Origin: a virus
IMG/VR virus record: IMGVR_UViG_3300009152_000004
Span: 5,058 to 69,057 of that record
Length of the DNA stretch: 64,000 bases
Reading direction: 5' to 3' (one strand)
The position numbers and the translations under genes are program-made. Shown piece after piece: positions 9,034 to 19,437 of the stretch. Position 1 is the first letter of the stretch. Every line of letters begins with the position of its first letter. The notes under the pieces were generated by a model. That model was given only the letters and a program-made list of their open reading frames with translations. It was not told the DNA's origin and did not search any database.

Positions 9034-9933
9034 ATGACTACTGAAATGACGCTGTTTAAAGATGGTGCGGTTCCCTCGTATTTGAAGGGCCGTGAAATGG
9101 ACGCGGTGACCAAAGCCCTGATGGGTGGCGGCGCTACGACCAAACGTATCTCGATCAAAGGTGGTGTATGGCGGCTGATGTCTGGCGGCAAAGAGATCGC
9201 GGTGAACGAAGACCGGGCCATGAATGTGGTTGTGGTTGAAGCCGCTGCGAAAGTCTCGCGCGCGTTCTATGAAGGCACCTACGATCCGGACGCGGAGAAA
9301 GCCCCCTCCCCCACCTGCTGGTCTGCTGATGGTGATCGCCCGGATAAGTCGGTAGAGACCCCGCAAGGTGCGTCGTGCGCAGACTGCCCCAAGAACGTCA
9401 AGGGTTCCGGTCAAGGTGAGTCGCGTGCATGTCGCTTCTCGCGTCGTCTGGCGGTGGTGCTGGAGAACGATCTGAGTGGTGACGTGTATCAACTCACGCT
9501 GCCGTCGCAATCGATCTTCGGCAAGACCGAGAATGGCAAGATGCCGCTCAACGCCTACGCACAGTATCTGGCGGGCTTCAATGTGCCAATCACTGCGGTG
9601 GTTACGGAGATGCGGTTCGACACCAACAGCGCTACGCCGAAGCTGACGTTCAAAGCCGTGCGCCCGTTGACGGAAGCCGAGTTCCACCAGTGTGAAGCCC
9701 AAGGCAAGACCCCCGCAGCCAAGAGCGCGATCACTATGACTGTCGCGCAAGCGGATGGTGTGCAGAAGCTGGAGAACAAGACCGAAGCCCCGAAGGTGGC
9801 GGATGTGGTAGATAAGCAGCAGGAAGCCGCTGCACCCGGAGAAGAAGCCCCAAAGAAACGCGAGTCCACAAAGGCCGCTCCTCCGGAGCCGAAGAAGAGC
9901 CTGCAGTCTGTTATTGATCAGTGGGACGACTAA
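9034..9933 (+). CDS. putative single-stranded DNA-binding protein
   Basis: CWS..G..PD, CxxCP.N..GS, RACR motifs; acidic/aromatic C-terminus IDQWDD; replication-module context. Confidence 0.65.
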   Translation: MTTEMTLFKDGAVPSYLKGREMDAVTKALMGGGATTKRISIKGGVWRLMSGGKEIAVNEDRAMNVVVVEAAAKVSRAFYEGTYDPDAEKAPSPTCWSADGDRPDKSVETPQGASCADCPKNVKGSGQGESRACRFSRRLAVVLENDLSGDVYQLTLPSQSIFGKTENGKMPLNAYAQYLAGFNVPITAVVTEMRFDTNSATPKLTFKAVRPLTEAEFHQCEAQGKTPAAKSAITMTVAQADGVQKLENKTEAPKVADVVDKQQEAAAPGEEAPKKRESTKAAPPEPKKSLQSVIDQWDD

Positions 9934-9948
9934 GTTCGGTGGTGGTTC

Positions 9949-9978
9949 GGGCGGGGTCGCTCCCCGCCCTTTTTCTTT
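9949..9978 (+). terminator. intrinsic terminator
   Basis: GGGCGGGG-tcgct-CCCCGCCC followed by a T tract. Confidence 0.8.
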
Positions 9979-10019
9979 GGAGGTATCATGCAAGACCCCA
10001 CGAATGAAGGCATAACCCA

Positions 10020-12863
10020 ATGTCCACACGAAACGAGTTCCTGAATGCGGTGCTGCCGCCTGATGGTGTCTACGTTGCGGTGTCTATCGACGACAATAAA
10101 AAAGTATCGCAGACATTTCACAATTCGGTCGCTGAACTTAATGAGCAACTGGAAACTATCACGCAGCAAAACAAGAACGCATTTTTCGCAACAGCCGCAT
10201 ACAACATCGAGACCACACGCACCAATGACAATGTAAAACATATCCGCTCGTTCTTCATGGACCTTGACTGCGATCCGGAAGACGACACCAAATTCCCCGA
10301 CCAGAATACTGCTCTGGCGGAACTGAAAGCGTTTGTTCAAGACCTGCGCCTACCGAAACCCACTGTGGTTAACTCGGGACGCGGGATACACGCATACTGG
10401 CCGTTGCTGGAGCCGGTGGACCGCGTGAAGTGGAAGCCCGTTGCGGAGAAGCTGAAGCAGACCTGCATGTTCAAGGGCTTCCGTATTGACCCGGCGGTCA
10501 CCGCCGATGCTGCGCGTATTTTGAGGGCACCCGGCACCCGCAACCATAAAGACCCGTCCAACCCGCTTGATGTGGAAGTGATGCGGGTGGGGGAGCCGGT
10601 TGCGTTCGACGATATGCGCAAGTTGTTGGGCGTGTCGGAGTTTGATCTGTTACCGGCAACAAAGCGCCCGATGGACGAGGTATCCAAGAAGCTGTTGGCG
10701 AACCGTCCGTCTGTATTCAAGAACATCCTGCAGAAAAGCGCGGCGGGGGAAGGCTGCGCCCACATTCTATACGCGGTTACACATCAAGCGGATATATCAG
10801 AACCCCATTGGCGGGCGGTGCTGTCGATTGCGGCCCACTGTGCGGACAAAGACAAGGCCATACACAAGGTCTCCAGTGCCCACCCGGACTACAACCCCGC
10901 AGATACAGAGCGTAAGGCTGGGTCGATCCGTGGTCCATATACCTGCGCCACCTTCCAAAACATCGACGCCACGCTTTGCGAGGGGTGCCCGCACTTTGGT
11001 AAAATAGCATCACCAATAGCCTTGGGCGCTGGTCGCGTACTGGAAGCCACGAAGGAAGATAACGTGGTCGAAGTGCCCGCAGTCGGTGATGAACCTGCGG
11101 TGGTGTATGAGATTCCGGAGTATCCGTTCCCGTTTTTCAGGGGCAAGAACGGCGGGGTGTATGTCCGGGACAAGCGGGAAGACAAGAGCGGTAACACGGT
11201 CGAAGAAGACAAGCTGATCTACGAGTATGACTTCTATGCCGTGAACCTGATCGAAGACCCGTATCTGGGCATGACGGCTCTGTTCCGAGTGCATTTCCCA
11301 CAGGATGGGGTCAAGGAGTTCTGCGTGCCAGTGAAGGACATGCTGGCTAAAGACCGCTATCGGGATGTGTTGGGGATGAAGGGTATTTGCCCGTCAAATA
11401 GTCAATTGGAGAACATAATGGCGTATTCGAACCATTGGGTTCGGCACCATCAGAAGTTGCGCAAGGCTAGTTTAGGGCGCGTCCAATTTGGGTGGGCCGA
11501 CAGCAACTCCTGCTTTATTGTGGGGGATCGGGAAATCTCGTCCGCTGGCATCACCTACAGCCCACCCACGGCCAATACCGTAGACATCATCCCCAAGTTT
11601 CGCAAGGCCGGGACGCTCGACGCGTGGAAGCAAGTCACCAAGTTCTATGCCAGACCGGGGCAGGAACTGCCCCTGTTCGCGCTGTTTGCGGGCTTCGCTG
11701 CTCCCCTGATGCCATTCACCGGTACGCGTGGTGGTGTGATCAGCCTGTATTCGAATAAGGGCGGCACCGGCAAGACGACCACCCTGCAGGCCATCAACAG
11801 CATATTCGGACACCCAGATGAGGCGATGCTGATCAAGACCGACACCGTAAACTCCCGGGTCAACCGGGTAGGCACCATGAACAATATCGCGGCTACAACT
11901 GACGAGATCACCAACGAGACCCCAGAAGCCCTGTCAGAATACATCTACTCTATGCTGCATGGCCGTGGCAAGAACCGACTGATGGGTAGCCAGAACATAG
12001 AGCGCATCAACAAGACGACGTGGAACACGATCAGCATCGTTACCGGCAACTCAACCATTTCGGACAAGTTGTATACCATTAAATCACTACCGGACGGTGA
12101 GTTGCGTCGACTGATGGAGTTCCCGTTCCCCACACAGGTCAACATCTCCAAGGGTGAGTCGGACGCCATTTTCCGGCCCCTGCAGGACAACTACGGCCAC
12201 GCTGGAGAGGTGTATATACAATACATCCTGAACAACATGGGGCGGGTGGGCGACCTGCTGCTCAAGGTGCAGGGGAAAATCGACAAGGCTGCGGAACTCA
12301 CCCAGCGAGAGCAATACTGGTCAGCGACTACAGCGGCGTGTATCTCGGGGGGTATTCTGGCGAAAGAGTCCGGGGCGCTGGACATCACCGACGACGACAT
12401 CAAGCGGGTGTATGACTGGATTATCAATCAACTGAAGGTCATGCGTGGGCATGTGGCGATTGCGAATATCGAACCGGATGAAGTGCTGGGTATGTTTCTG
12501 TCCGAACACATCAACGATATGCTGATCATCAACGCCAGCGTGAAAGGCGGACTAAATGAGGGCCCGATCCGCGAGCCGAAAGGGAAGTTGTTGATCCGCT
12601 ACGAGCCCGACACCAAAGACTTGATGATCAGTGTAGCGAAGTTTCGGGAATTTTGCACTAAGCGCCAGATGTCCTACAGCCACACCATCAAGGCACTACA
12701 GGCTGCGGGCGCACTGCATGGTGAGACGCGGAAGCGGTTGGGTAAGGGCACCCACATTTCGGTCAATGAACGGGTGTTGGTGTTTCGGAACGTAAACGAG
12801 AAATTTGTTTTGGGAGAGGTCGATGTGGACGCATGGTTTGCGAGTCAGGATAAACTGGCATGA
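10020..12863 (+). CDS. primase-helicase (RepB-like AEP primase, PriCT, DUF927, P-loop NTPase)
   Basis: DLD motif, NSGRGIHAYW, RILRAPGT, Walker A GGTGKTT, TTDE. Confidence 0.88.
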   Translation: MSTRNEFLNAVLPPDGVYVAVSIDDNKKVSQTFHNSVAELNEQLETITQQNKNAFFATAAYNIETTRTNDNVKHIRSFFMDLDCDPEDDTKFPDQNTALAELKAFVQDLRLPKPTVVNSGRGIHAYWPLLEPVDRVKWKPVAEKLKQTCMFKGFRIDPAVTADAARILRAPGTRNHKDPSNPLDVEVMRVGEPVAFDDMRKLLGVSEFDLLPATKRPMDEVSKKLLANRPSVFKNILQKSAAGEGCAHILYAVTHQADISEPHWRAVLSIAAHCADKDKAIHKVSSAHPDYNPADTERKAGSIRGPYTCATFQNIDATLCEGCPHFGKIASPIALGAGRVLEATKEDNVVEVPAVGDEPAVVYEIPEYPFPFFRGKNGGVYVRDKREDKSGNTVEEDKLIYEYDFYAVNLIEDPYLGMTALFRVHFPQDGVKEFCVPVKDMLAKDRYRDVLGMKGICPSNSQLENIMAYSNHWVRHHQKLRKASLGRVQFGWADSNSCFIVGDREISSAGITYSPPTANTVDIIPKFRKAGTLDAWKQVTKFYARPGQELPLFALFAGFAAPLMPFTGTRGGVISLYSNKGGTGKTTTLQAINSIFGHPDEAMLIKTDTVNSRVNRVGTMNNIAATTDEITNETPEALSEYIYSMLHGRGKNRLMGSQNIERINKTTWNTISIVTGNSTISDKLYTIKSLPDGELRRLMEFPFPTQVNISKGESDAIFRPLQDNYGHAGEVYIQYILNNMGRVGDLLLKVQGKIDKAAELTQREQYWSATTAACISGGILAKESGALDITDDDIKRVYDWIINQLKVMRGHVAIANIEPDEVLGMFLSEHINDMLIINASVKGGLNEGPIREPKGKLLIRYEPDTKDLMISVAKFREFCTKRQMSYSHTIKALQAAGALHGETRKRLGKGTHISVNERVLVFRNVNEKFVLGEVDVDAWFASQDKLA

Positions 12864-13020
12864 TTTCCCCGTCAGTGCGTCCGCGTTTGTGCCGGGGGTC
12901 GAGACGCGGTTGCTGCGCAACGATATTCAGAAGGAAGCCGACGCACTAGGTGTTGTGGTGTTGCTGGAAGAGGTCGCGGAGTTCGGGTATATGGGTGTCC
13001 GTGTTTGGCGAATTGGATAA
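12823..13020 (+). CDS. hypothetical protein (GVRVWR C-terminus)
   Basis: GGGAG RBS, overlaps the primase end. Confidence 0.6.
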   Translation: MWTHGLRVRINWHDFPVSASAFVPGVETRLLRNDIQKEADALGVVVLLEEVAEFGYMGVRVWRIG

Positions 13021-13031
13021 AGGAAAAAGAA

Positions 13032-13343
13032 ATGAATGACTTGGAAATGATTAAGAAGTGCGCGGAGAAGATGGGTTTTGTTCTGACGTTACTACCCCCT
13101 GATATGCGCCGTACTGACGGAGTGGTTGAGTTGGCGATAGCCACAGAAACTGCTTGGGGTATGAATCACACGATCTACAATCCCTTCTGTGACGACGCGC
13201 AAGCAATGGCGCTGGTGAAGAAGTTTAAGCTGACAATTTCAACTGGTCTGGATGGTTGGAGTGCAAACTATGCCGCGACAGGATGGGTTTCAAACCAAGA
13301 CCTAAACCGCGCCATCTGCGAATGTGTGGCGAAACTACCCTGA
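13032..13343 (+). CDS. NinX/DUF2591-like phage protein
   Basis: YNPFCDDAQAMALVKKF...LNRAICEC pattern. Confidence 0.6.
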   Translation: MNDLEMIKKCAEKMGFVLTLLPPDMRRTDGVVELAIATETAWGMNHTIYNPFCDDAQAMALVKKFKLTISTGLDGWSANYAATGWVSNQDLNRAICECVAKLP

Positions 13344-13347
13344 CCCC

Positions 13348-13376
13348 TTGCACCACCCGTTTTTCTGTGCCACTAT
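13348..13376 (+). promoter_or_regulatory. sigma70-like promoter of the putative sRNA
   Basis: TTGCAC-17 bp-CACTAT with TG extended -10. Confidence 0.55.
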
Positions 13377-13381
13377 CCGCC

Positions 13382-13452
13382 CGACGCTGGACTCTCTCCC
13401 CAGTCGTCGCTTCTCCTCCTCGTTTACCCCCGGCTTCGGCTGGGGGTTTTTT
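13382..13452 (+). ncRNA. putative ~70-nt anti-Shine-Dalgarno small RNA
   Basis: Hairpin CGACGCTGG/CCAGTCGTCG with ACTCTCTCC loop, linker CTTCTCCTCCTCGTTTA, terminator; no ORF. Confidence 0.55.
13427..13452 (+). terminator. intrinsic terminator at the convergence of the replication and late modules
   Basis: CCCCCGGC-TTCG-GCTGGGGG-TTTTTT. Confidence 0.85.
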
Positions 13453-13453
13453 C

Positions 13454-16400
13454 TTACTCTTCCCCTTCAGCAGCCTTACGCACCCGCTCTTTGAGTTTCG
13501 GGTCGATCTGTACCCCATAGATAGCCTGCTGCTCCCTGCGATCACGTCCTTTGACTGAAGCAATGATGTCCTTGGGTTTGATCGCCACCTCGGGGAACGC
13601 CATATTGAACGCTGCAATGCGCTCCTGCACACCCATCAGGGCATCCACATCCCCAGCATCCGCTGCGGTCTCATACTGATCAAACAGGCGGCGTTTACGG
13701 TCACGCACGAACGTCTCCATCTCCTTCATGTAACCGCGTTTCTCGTAAATCTCAGTCAGCTTGGTCGGCGCAAACCCACCCAACTGGAACATTGCGTTCA
13801 TGATATTGATGTCGTCCGTGATTGGATCACCCTTCAAAGTCGTGGCACCCTCCACCCCAAACCGCATGGCCTTCAAACCGTTACGCAGTGCGGCGGGAGC
13901 ACCGGCTTCAATCCCACGATACCAATACCCGTCGTCGATCATCTGCGCAGCCCGGTTCATGTTGGTCAGGATGCTGAACGGTGCCCCCAAGAATATCTGC
14001 TCGATGTAGTAGCGCAGTGCCCCAAGTTCGGCTTTACTGCGGGAGTCGTCCCGGATCAGCAGGTCACCAAAACCCGTACGTTGTGCGACCTCAAGACCGG
14101 TTAGGTAGTTGGTCGGGCCCTTGAACGTGAACTCACCCAGCGCGTTGCGCATGGTGTTGCGGAAGTCCGGATACTCATCGTCATCCCCGAACGCCGACTG
14201 AAACACGTTGTAGAGGAACTCCCCCACCCCCACGAACGGCAGGCCCTGTGCACCGGCAAACGCAAACGTCATGGCATACGTCCCCAGCAACTGCTTCCGG
14301 GCGATGTTCTTGGCTAACTCCCGTTCTTGCGGTGACAGACTGCTATCCCCTTTGATCGCTACATACGCCATACGCGCAGTACGGAACATCATCAGTTGAG
14401 CGAAGCGTTTGAAGATCAACACAACACGACCCAGTGGGTGCTGGAATATCGGCCCCGCAGTCTCCATCATGCCGCTGCCGTGGGACTTGGTGATCATGTC
14501 GACGGCTTCATTCACGGCTTCGGTCTCAGACAAACCTTTTTGTTTTGCCAGCGTGTAGGCGGCGATTGCGGTGATCTCACGGTTTGCCATCTCTGAATGC
14601 TGGTAGGCGAACGTCATGGCGATACTGGCGGCGCGTTTGACCTTGCTGTCCGGAGACGACGGCTGTGACCGCATGTCCAGAATCTCCTGCGAGATCGAGA
14701 TGTTGATCTGACCACGGCGCTGCAGTTCGTCATACAGGCCACGCAACGGGCTGTCTTTTGGCAGGGTGTTCAGAGGTGACAGGTAACCAAATTTCTTGAA
14801 GTTGTCCCCGGCGTTTTTATATACTGATTTGCCATACGCCTTGTATGCACCCATCAGGGCCGCAGTCGCTTTACCCGCGCCATACTTACTTGCCATCATG
14901 GGGTAGGCGATCATCGGGGTCTGCGTCAAGTTGATCAGAGCGGTGGATACGTTGGCCCCGAGGAAGTACGAGAACGTCAGCCAGTTGATGTTCGACGCCA
15001 GCTTGTTGATCGTCGGATTCAGCATTGTGGTGAGGCGCGACCCCGGCTCCGCCGAAATTTGTGTGGCTACTTCGTCGGCTAGTGGGTCAAACCCACGCGG
15101 GTCTTTGCTGGATATGTCCGCCAACTCATTACGGCCCAGCGCAGCGGTCTCTTCAATCCGACGGTTATACAGACGTGATGCCGTCTGTGAAATGAGCTTC
15201 GGGGCGGTAGCAGTGTAGCTACGCAGCACGTCTTTCTCAAAACCAGCACGACCTTCCCGCTTGATCATATTCATGATTGCCGACTGCTGCGGATTCAACC
15301 GAAGCAGGGCTTTATATACATCGTTCACCACATCATCAGCCACACCGTTGTCGCGCATAGCCCGCAGAGTACGTTGGATCATGGGGTCAGACGGCGGGGT
15401 GCGGCCAGCGATAACCTCATCCAGATTCTTGTATTGCTTGAAATCCTTGCTGTTACGGTCGATCTTGTTCTCAGCGATAAACCGATTGCGCTGCTCCGGG
15501 GTTTCAAACGCCATAACAATCTGCTCACCGTTCTTCTCAAACCGCATCCAGTAATCGCCAAACCGCATCAGCGGGAAGTAGGGCTTGATCTTGCTCTCGA
15601 TACCTGCCTTGATCTCATCGATCTCATTCTTGGGCAGCACGGCCAAGTCTTTCTCCAGCGCGGCGATGTAGTCCTTGTACAGCTTCTCGTAGTGCTCCTT
15701 GATCTCGGTGTAGGACTTCTTCAGGTCATCCGGCAGCGCCTTATAACGCGCCAACAGGTCCGGGCCTTGTTTGGCGGCGGGGTTACCACTGTTCTTCGGG
15801 TCGGCGGGATCAAACCGGGCCAACGTAGCGTCGTACACCACTTCGGTGAACTTGTCGTATTCTTTTTTGAGCGCCGTCGTCTGGCTGTATTTGTTCACCA
15901 CTCGCTGCAATGACTTGGCGGTCTGACCTGCGCGGTCGATCTGGGTGTTCTCATAACCCCGGCGTTCGTTGAGTAGGTCTACAACCCCCCGCAGTGCAGG
16001 TGCCCGGTTGCCATAAATCTCCACCAGATGATTCAGGTCCAACGTCTTCACCGCAGCACCCAGCACGCCACGGCTCATCTTGCCAACGACGTCGCTCCAT
16101 GCTCCGGAAAACTTAGGTAGGTTTGTGGAACTATCACCCATCGTGTTGAGCATGTTTCTGTAGGCGGCGGAAGCACCCGATACATCAGCATTGAGAAACA
16201 GAATGTCCCCGGGCGTTTTGGGGATCGTCTTACCAGCACGGATAATCTTGCCAATAATCTCGTCGATACGGTCCAACGCGGTGTTCGAACTGCGCGGCGA
16301 CATACCAAAGAACTTACGCACAGCGTTCACAAACCAGTCATACGCGGTCTTCAACGCACCTTGCGGAATGCGAATGCTGCGCAGCATCTGTTGGAACTCA

Positions 16401-19400
16401 GAGTTGGACTGGGCTTCTGCGGCGAACTCCTGCAAGCTGGTCGCGCCATACTGCCCCTCTATACGCGGACGTATCCGGGTGAACAACTCATTCAGTTGAC
16501 GAGTCAGCGGGTGCATCCGGCTACGCAGAACATGGGAGATCGCGGCATGGGTAGTTTCATGCAGGATGGTGTGTTCGTGCAGTGAGTCCGGGCTGATCGT
16601 GATGGTGTCGGTGGTTGGGTCGTACTGGCCTGCGCCTTCCACCATGCCTACCTTGATTCGTGTGTTGCCGATACGAGCGAGCAGCCGCTGTGCCACCTGT
16701 TTCAACAACGGATTGTTGGTGGACTGAATAATGCCCCGCAGCGTCTTCCGCAGATCACCCGCCTGAACTGCCGCAGCTACATCATCCTGCACTTTCACAC
16801 CGACGGGTTTAGACGGCAGTAGCAGATCATCTTCCGCGTTCTCGTCATCTACTTGCTGCTGTACAGCGCGAGCGTTTTTCCGGTTGGCTTCATAGCGTTC
16901 TTGGATCGCAGCGGATGCAGCGAGTTTCTGTTTGGCGGCGTCGATATCCTGTTGGGGGACTTCATTGCGCTCCAGAATGCTTCGGGCAGTCGACACCACG
17001 GCCTTGTTCTGATCCCGCATACTGTCCACCAGATACAGGACCGCACTGTTGTATTTGGAGGTCACTTTGGTGGTCTGGATCAACCGTTCGGCTTCCTGCA
17101 GTTCGAAAAGTTCTTCCGCGAAGTTCGTGCGCTCACCGCGCTTGGGTTTCTGTGACGGCGGGGTTAGTGGAGAAGACTGTTGCGTCGTTGCTCCATCACT
17201 TCGTCCAGCATCTCTTTGATCGCCATCCACGTCGGCAGGTCGAGTAACGTCAGCGGCCCCTCCTCCGGTGGTTCGTCCTTGTACAGGCACAGCCATGCCT
17301 GCGCTATCAGCTTCTCGTCCAGCATTGGGTGTCCCTTCAAAGTCAAATGCTCCTTGTACCCGTGGCATTGATTTACGTGGACGGCCACGGAGCACGGGTT
17401 CTGCGGCAGGTTCTTGGGTGGGCTCAGGTTGCACGGCGGGCGCTTGCGTCCCACGACGGCGTTTTTCACGGCCCTGCTGAATAGCCAGAGTCAGTCCCGG
17501 TGTCTTGCGTTCCTGCGCCTGCGCTACCTCCAGTTCGGCGGTCGTCTGCGGTTGTTGCTGCTTGAGCAGGTATTCTTGGCGCGGGGTCAGCGGCATCCCG
17601 GCATCCCGACGTTGCTTGGCGAACTCCAGTTCCTGAACGTCCGTATTTTGGGCGGCGGGCGTCTCACCCAGCACCTGTCCTTGGGTCATGCGGCCCTTGG
17701 TGGCGATCTGTTGCTCACGCGCTTTGTCAATCAGGTTCGACGCTACTTCAGGGTTGAACTTTACGCGACCGCTAATGTCACCCAGCACCCCTTCAAACTT
17801 GTTGAGATCATCGGCTCTGGTCAGGTCGAGCCCACGCAAGGTGTCTCTGGCTTTCTTCGAAGTGCGACTGAACCCAAGACCTGTCAATACGTCGTCGGTG
17901 ATCTGCATCCCGACCGGTGTAGGTACTTCGGGAGCAGCGGGATATTGCAGCGGCTCTGGGGTGGGCGCGGGGCGTTCTTGTAGTTGCGGTTGTACCTCAG
18001 CCATCTGCTTCATGGACTGGCGACGGGTCGGCTCTTTCTCTGGATTCGTCGGGTTGATTTGTTTATTGAGTGTATTTATCTGCGCACGAGTGCTGGCTAT
18101 GGCGCTCTTGATCTGCTCCTGCTGCTCAATGAACTTTACTTTTTCGCCCGGGGTCTTAGCACGTTGGACTTCCCGATCCAGAATATCCAATACCCGGCGT
18201 TGCTCCTCCAACTGGGTTTGCAGGGCCGTAATTTCTTCCGTTGGGTCTTGGTTGAACCTTTCAGCGGTTAGCTTGTCACCACCGGGTGTATATGCAAACA
18301 GATCAGGTACGGCGTCCGGTGGCGGGGCCTGTTCACGATCCATCATCTCCTGTTGCGCAGTATTGGGTACGGGCTTACCTTCCGGTCCCATACCGGTGAA
18401 TACTTCTGACCGGGGGGCGTTCTCCGCCTCCGCCAACAACTGCTTGCGCTGCGTATCTTCTATAGCCGCCCGACGACCCAGTTCCTCTTGCGCATTACCA
18501 CGACCTGCACGGGCCGCGCCCACTTGACCCACTGCACCCAACGGACCACCCAGCATCAAGGCACCAGCAGCGGCTTCAGCGTATTCTTTGGCGGCTTCAG
18601 GGTCGTCATAGGGGTTCGTCGCCAGACCCGCCTGCCAACGCTCCAGCACTTGCTGCGACACCTCCTGCGGGATTTCAAAGGCGATACCCTTCATCACCCC
18701 CTTGGCGATCTCCTGCTTATATTTGACCGGGTTGGCAGCGGCGAGCGCGAGTTCTTTCACGGTCTGGTCGGCAACGGCCTTACCCTCAATACCCAGCAGC
18801 TTACCCAATCCCAAAAACTTGCCGCCCAATAGGTCGAGCGCGGCCTGACCACCACCCGCTACCGTAGCAGGGAGTCGATCTACCGGCTTACCTTTATTCT
18901 CTTCGACTTGGCGACCGAGGTTGCTGGCGATGTACTGCCCCAGCAAAGTCAACCCATACGCACCCGTGCCGATCAACGCAGCCGGGGCACCTGCAACCGC
19001 AGCGGCACCTGCACCCAACAGACCGGCGGCAGCGGCTGGGGCTTGGAAACCAATCGATTCACCCGACAGTTCACGGAACTTATCCCACGTAGCGCCTAAC
19101 GCCCCGCCGATATCCCCAGCCTTCGCACGGGCTCCGATGTCACTGAACTGCGTGCGGCGATAGGCGTCCTGTGCCTCTTTCTGAACTTGCTGCATCTGCT
19201 GCGCAGCTTGCTCATCTCCCGGGTTTACCATGAGTTTGGCAGCGGGGGCCAAGGACTTGAGTGTCGACGACGCACCGGTACCCAGCGCTTTAAAGAAACC
19301 CGGCTCTTCCGGGATAGGGTCGAACTTCGGCTCGGCGGCGTATTTCTGGTATCGGCGGATAAGTTCCGATTGTGTAATATCGTCCGGCACCCCGGAGATG

Positions 19401-19429
19401 ACGGTACCATCTGGCATTCTTACATCCAT
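13454..19429 (-). CDS. large polyvalent-type internal virion/ejection protein with zincin metallopeptidase domain
   Basis: 1991 aa, last late gene; GQYDP..DTITI...LHETTHAA...EFAAE (HExxH plus downstream E). Confidence 0.75.
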   Translation of the reverse strand: MDVRMPDGTVISGVPDDITQSELIRRYQKYAAEPKFDPIPEEPGFFKALGTGASSTLKSLAPAAKLMVNPGDEQAAQQMQQVQKEAQDAYRRTQFSDIGARAKAGDIGGALGATWDKFRELSGESIGFQAPAAAAGLLGAGAAAVAGAPAALIGTGAYGLTLLGQYIASNLGRQVEENKGKPVDRLPATVAGGGQAALDLLGGKFLGLGKLLGIEGKAVADQTVKELALAAANPVKYKQEIAKGVMKGIAFEIPQEVSQQVLERWQAGLATNPYDDPEAAKEYAEAAAGALMLGGPLGAVGQVGAARAGRGNAQEELGRRAAIEDTQRKQLLAEAENAPRSEVFTGMGPEGKPVPNTAQQEMMDREQAPPPDAVPDLFAYTPGGDKLTAERFNQDPTEEITALQTQLEEQRRVLDILDREVQRAKTPGEKVKFIEQQEQIKSAIASTRAQINTLNKQINPTNPEKEPTRRQSMKQMAEVQPQLQERPAPTPEPLQYPAAPEVPTPVGMQITDDVLTGLGFSRTSKKARDTLRGLDLTRADDLNKFEGVLGDISGRVKFNPEVASNLIDKAREQQIATKGRMTQGQVLGETPAAQNTDVQELEFAKQRRDAGMPLTPRQEYLLKQQQPQTTAELEVAQAQERKTPGLTLAIQQGREKRRRGTQAPAVQPEPTQEPAAEPVLRGRPRKSMPRVQGAFDFEGTPNAGREADSAGMAVPVQGRTTGGGAADVTRPADVDGDQRDAGRSDGATTQQSSPLTPPSQKPKRGERTNFAEELFELQEAERLIQTTKVTSKYNSAVLYLVDSMRDQNKAVVSTARSILERNEVPQQDIDAAKQKLAASAAIQERYEANRKNARAVQQQVDDENAEDDLLLPSKPVGVKVQDDVAAAVQAGDLRKTLRGIIQSTNNPLLKQVAQRLLARIGNTRIKVGMVEGAGQYDPTTDTITISPDSLHEHTILHETTHAAISHVLRSRMHPLTRQLNELFTRIRPRIEGQYGATSLQEFAAEAQSNSEFQQMLRSIRIPQGALKTAYDWFVNAVRKFFGMSPRSSNTALDRIDEIIGKIIRAGKTIPKTPGDILFLNADVSGASAAYRNMLNTMGDSSTNLPKFSGAWSDVVGKMSRGVLGAAVKTLDLNHLVEIYGNRAPALRGVVDLLNERRGYENTQIDRAGQTAKSLQRVVNKYSQTTALKKEYDKFTEVVYDATLARFDPADPKNSGNPAAKQGPDLLARYKALPDDLKKSYTEIKEHYEKLYKDYIAALEKDLAVLPKNEIDEIKAGIESKIKPYFPLMRFGDYWMRFEKNGEQIVMAFETPEQRNRFIAENKIDRNSKDFKQYKNLDEVIAGRTPPSDPMIQRTLRAMRDNGVADDVVNDVYKALLRLNPQQSAIMNMIKREGRAGFEKDVLRSYTATAPKLISQTASRLYNRRIEETAALGRNELADISSKDPRGFDPLADEVATQISAEPGSRLTTMLNPTINKLASNINWLTFSYFLGANVSTALINLTQTPMIAYPMMASKYGAGKATAALMGAYKAYGKSVYKNAGDNFKKFGYLSPLNTLPKDSPLRGLYDELQRRGQINISISQEILDMRSQPSSPDSKVKRAASIAMTFAYQHSEMANREITAIAAYTLAKQKGLSETEAVNEAVDMITKSHGSGMMETAGPIFQHPLGRVVLIFKRFAQLMMFRTARMAYVAIKGDSSLSPQERELAKNIARKQLLGTYAMTFAFAGAQGLPFVGVGEFLYNVFQSAFGDDDEYPDFRNTMRNALGEFTFKGPTNYLTGLEVAQRTGFGDLLIRDDSRSKAELGALRYYIEQIFLGAPFSILTNMNRAAQMIDDGYWYRGIEAGAPAALRNGLKAMRFGVEGATTLKGDPITDDINIMNAMFQLGGFAPTKLTEIYEKRGYMKEMETFVRDRKRRLFDQYETAADAGDVDALMGVQERIAAFNMAFPEVAIKPKDIIASVKGRDRREQQAIYGVQIDPKLKERVRKAAEGEE

Positions 19430-19437
19430 CAGAACTC

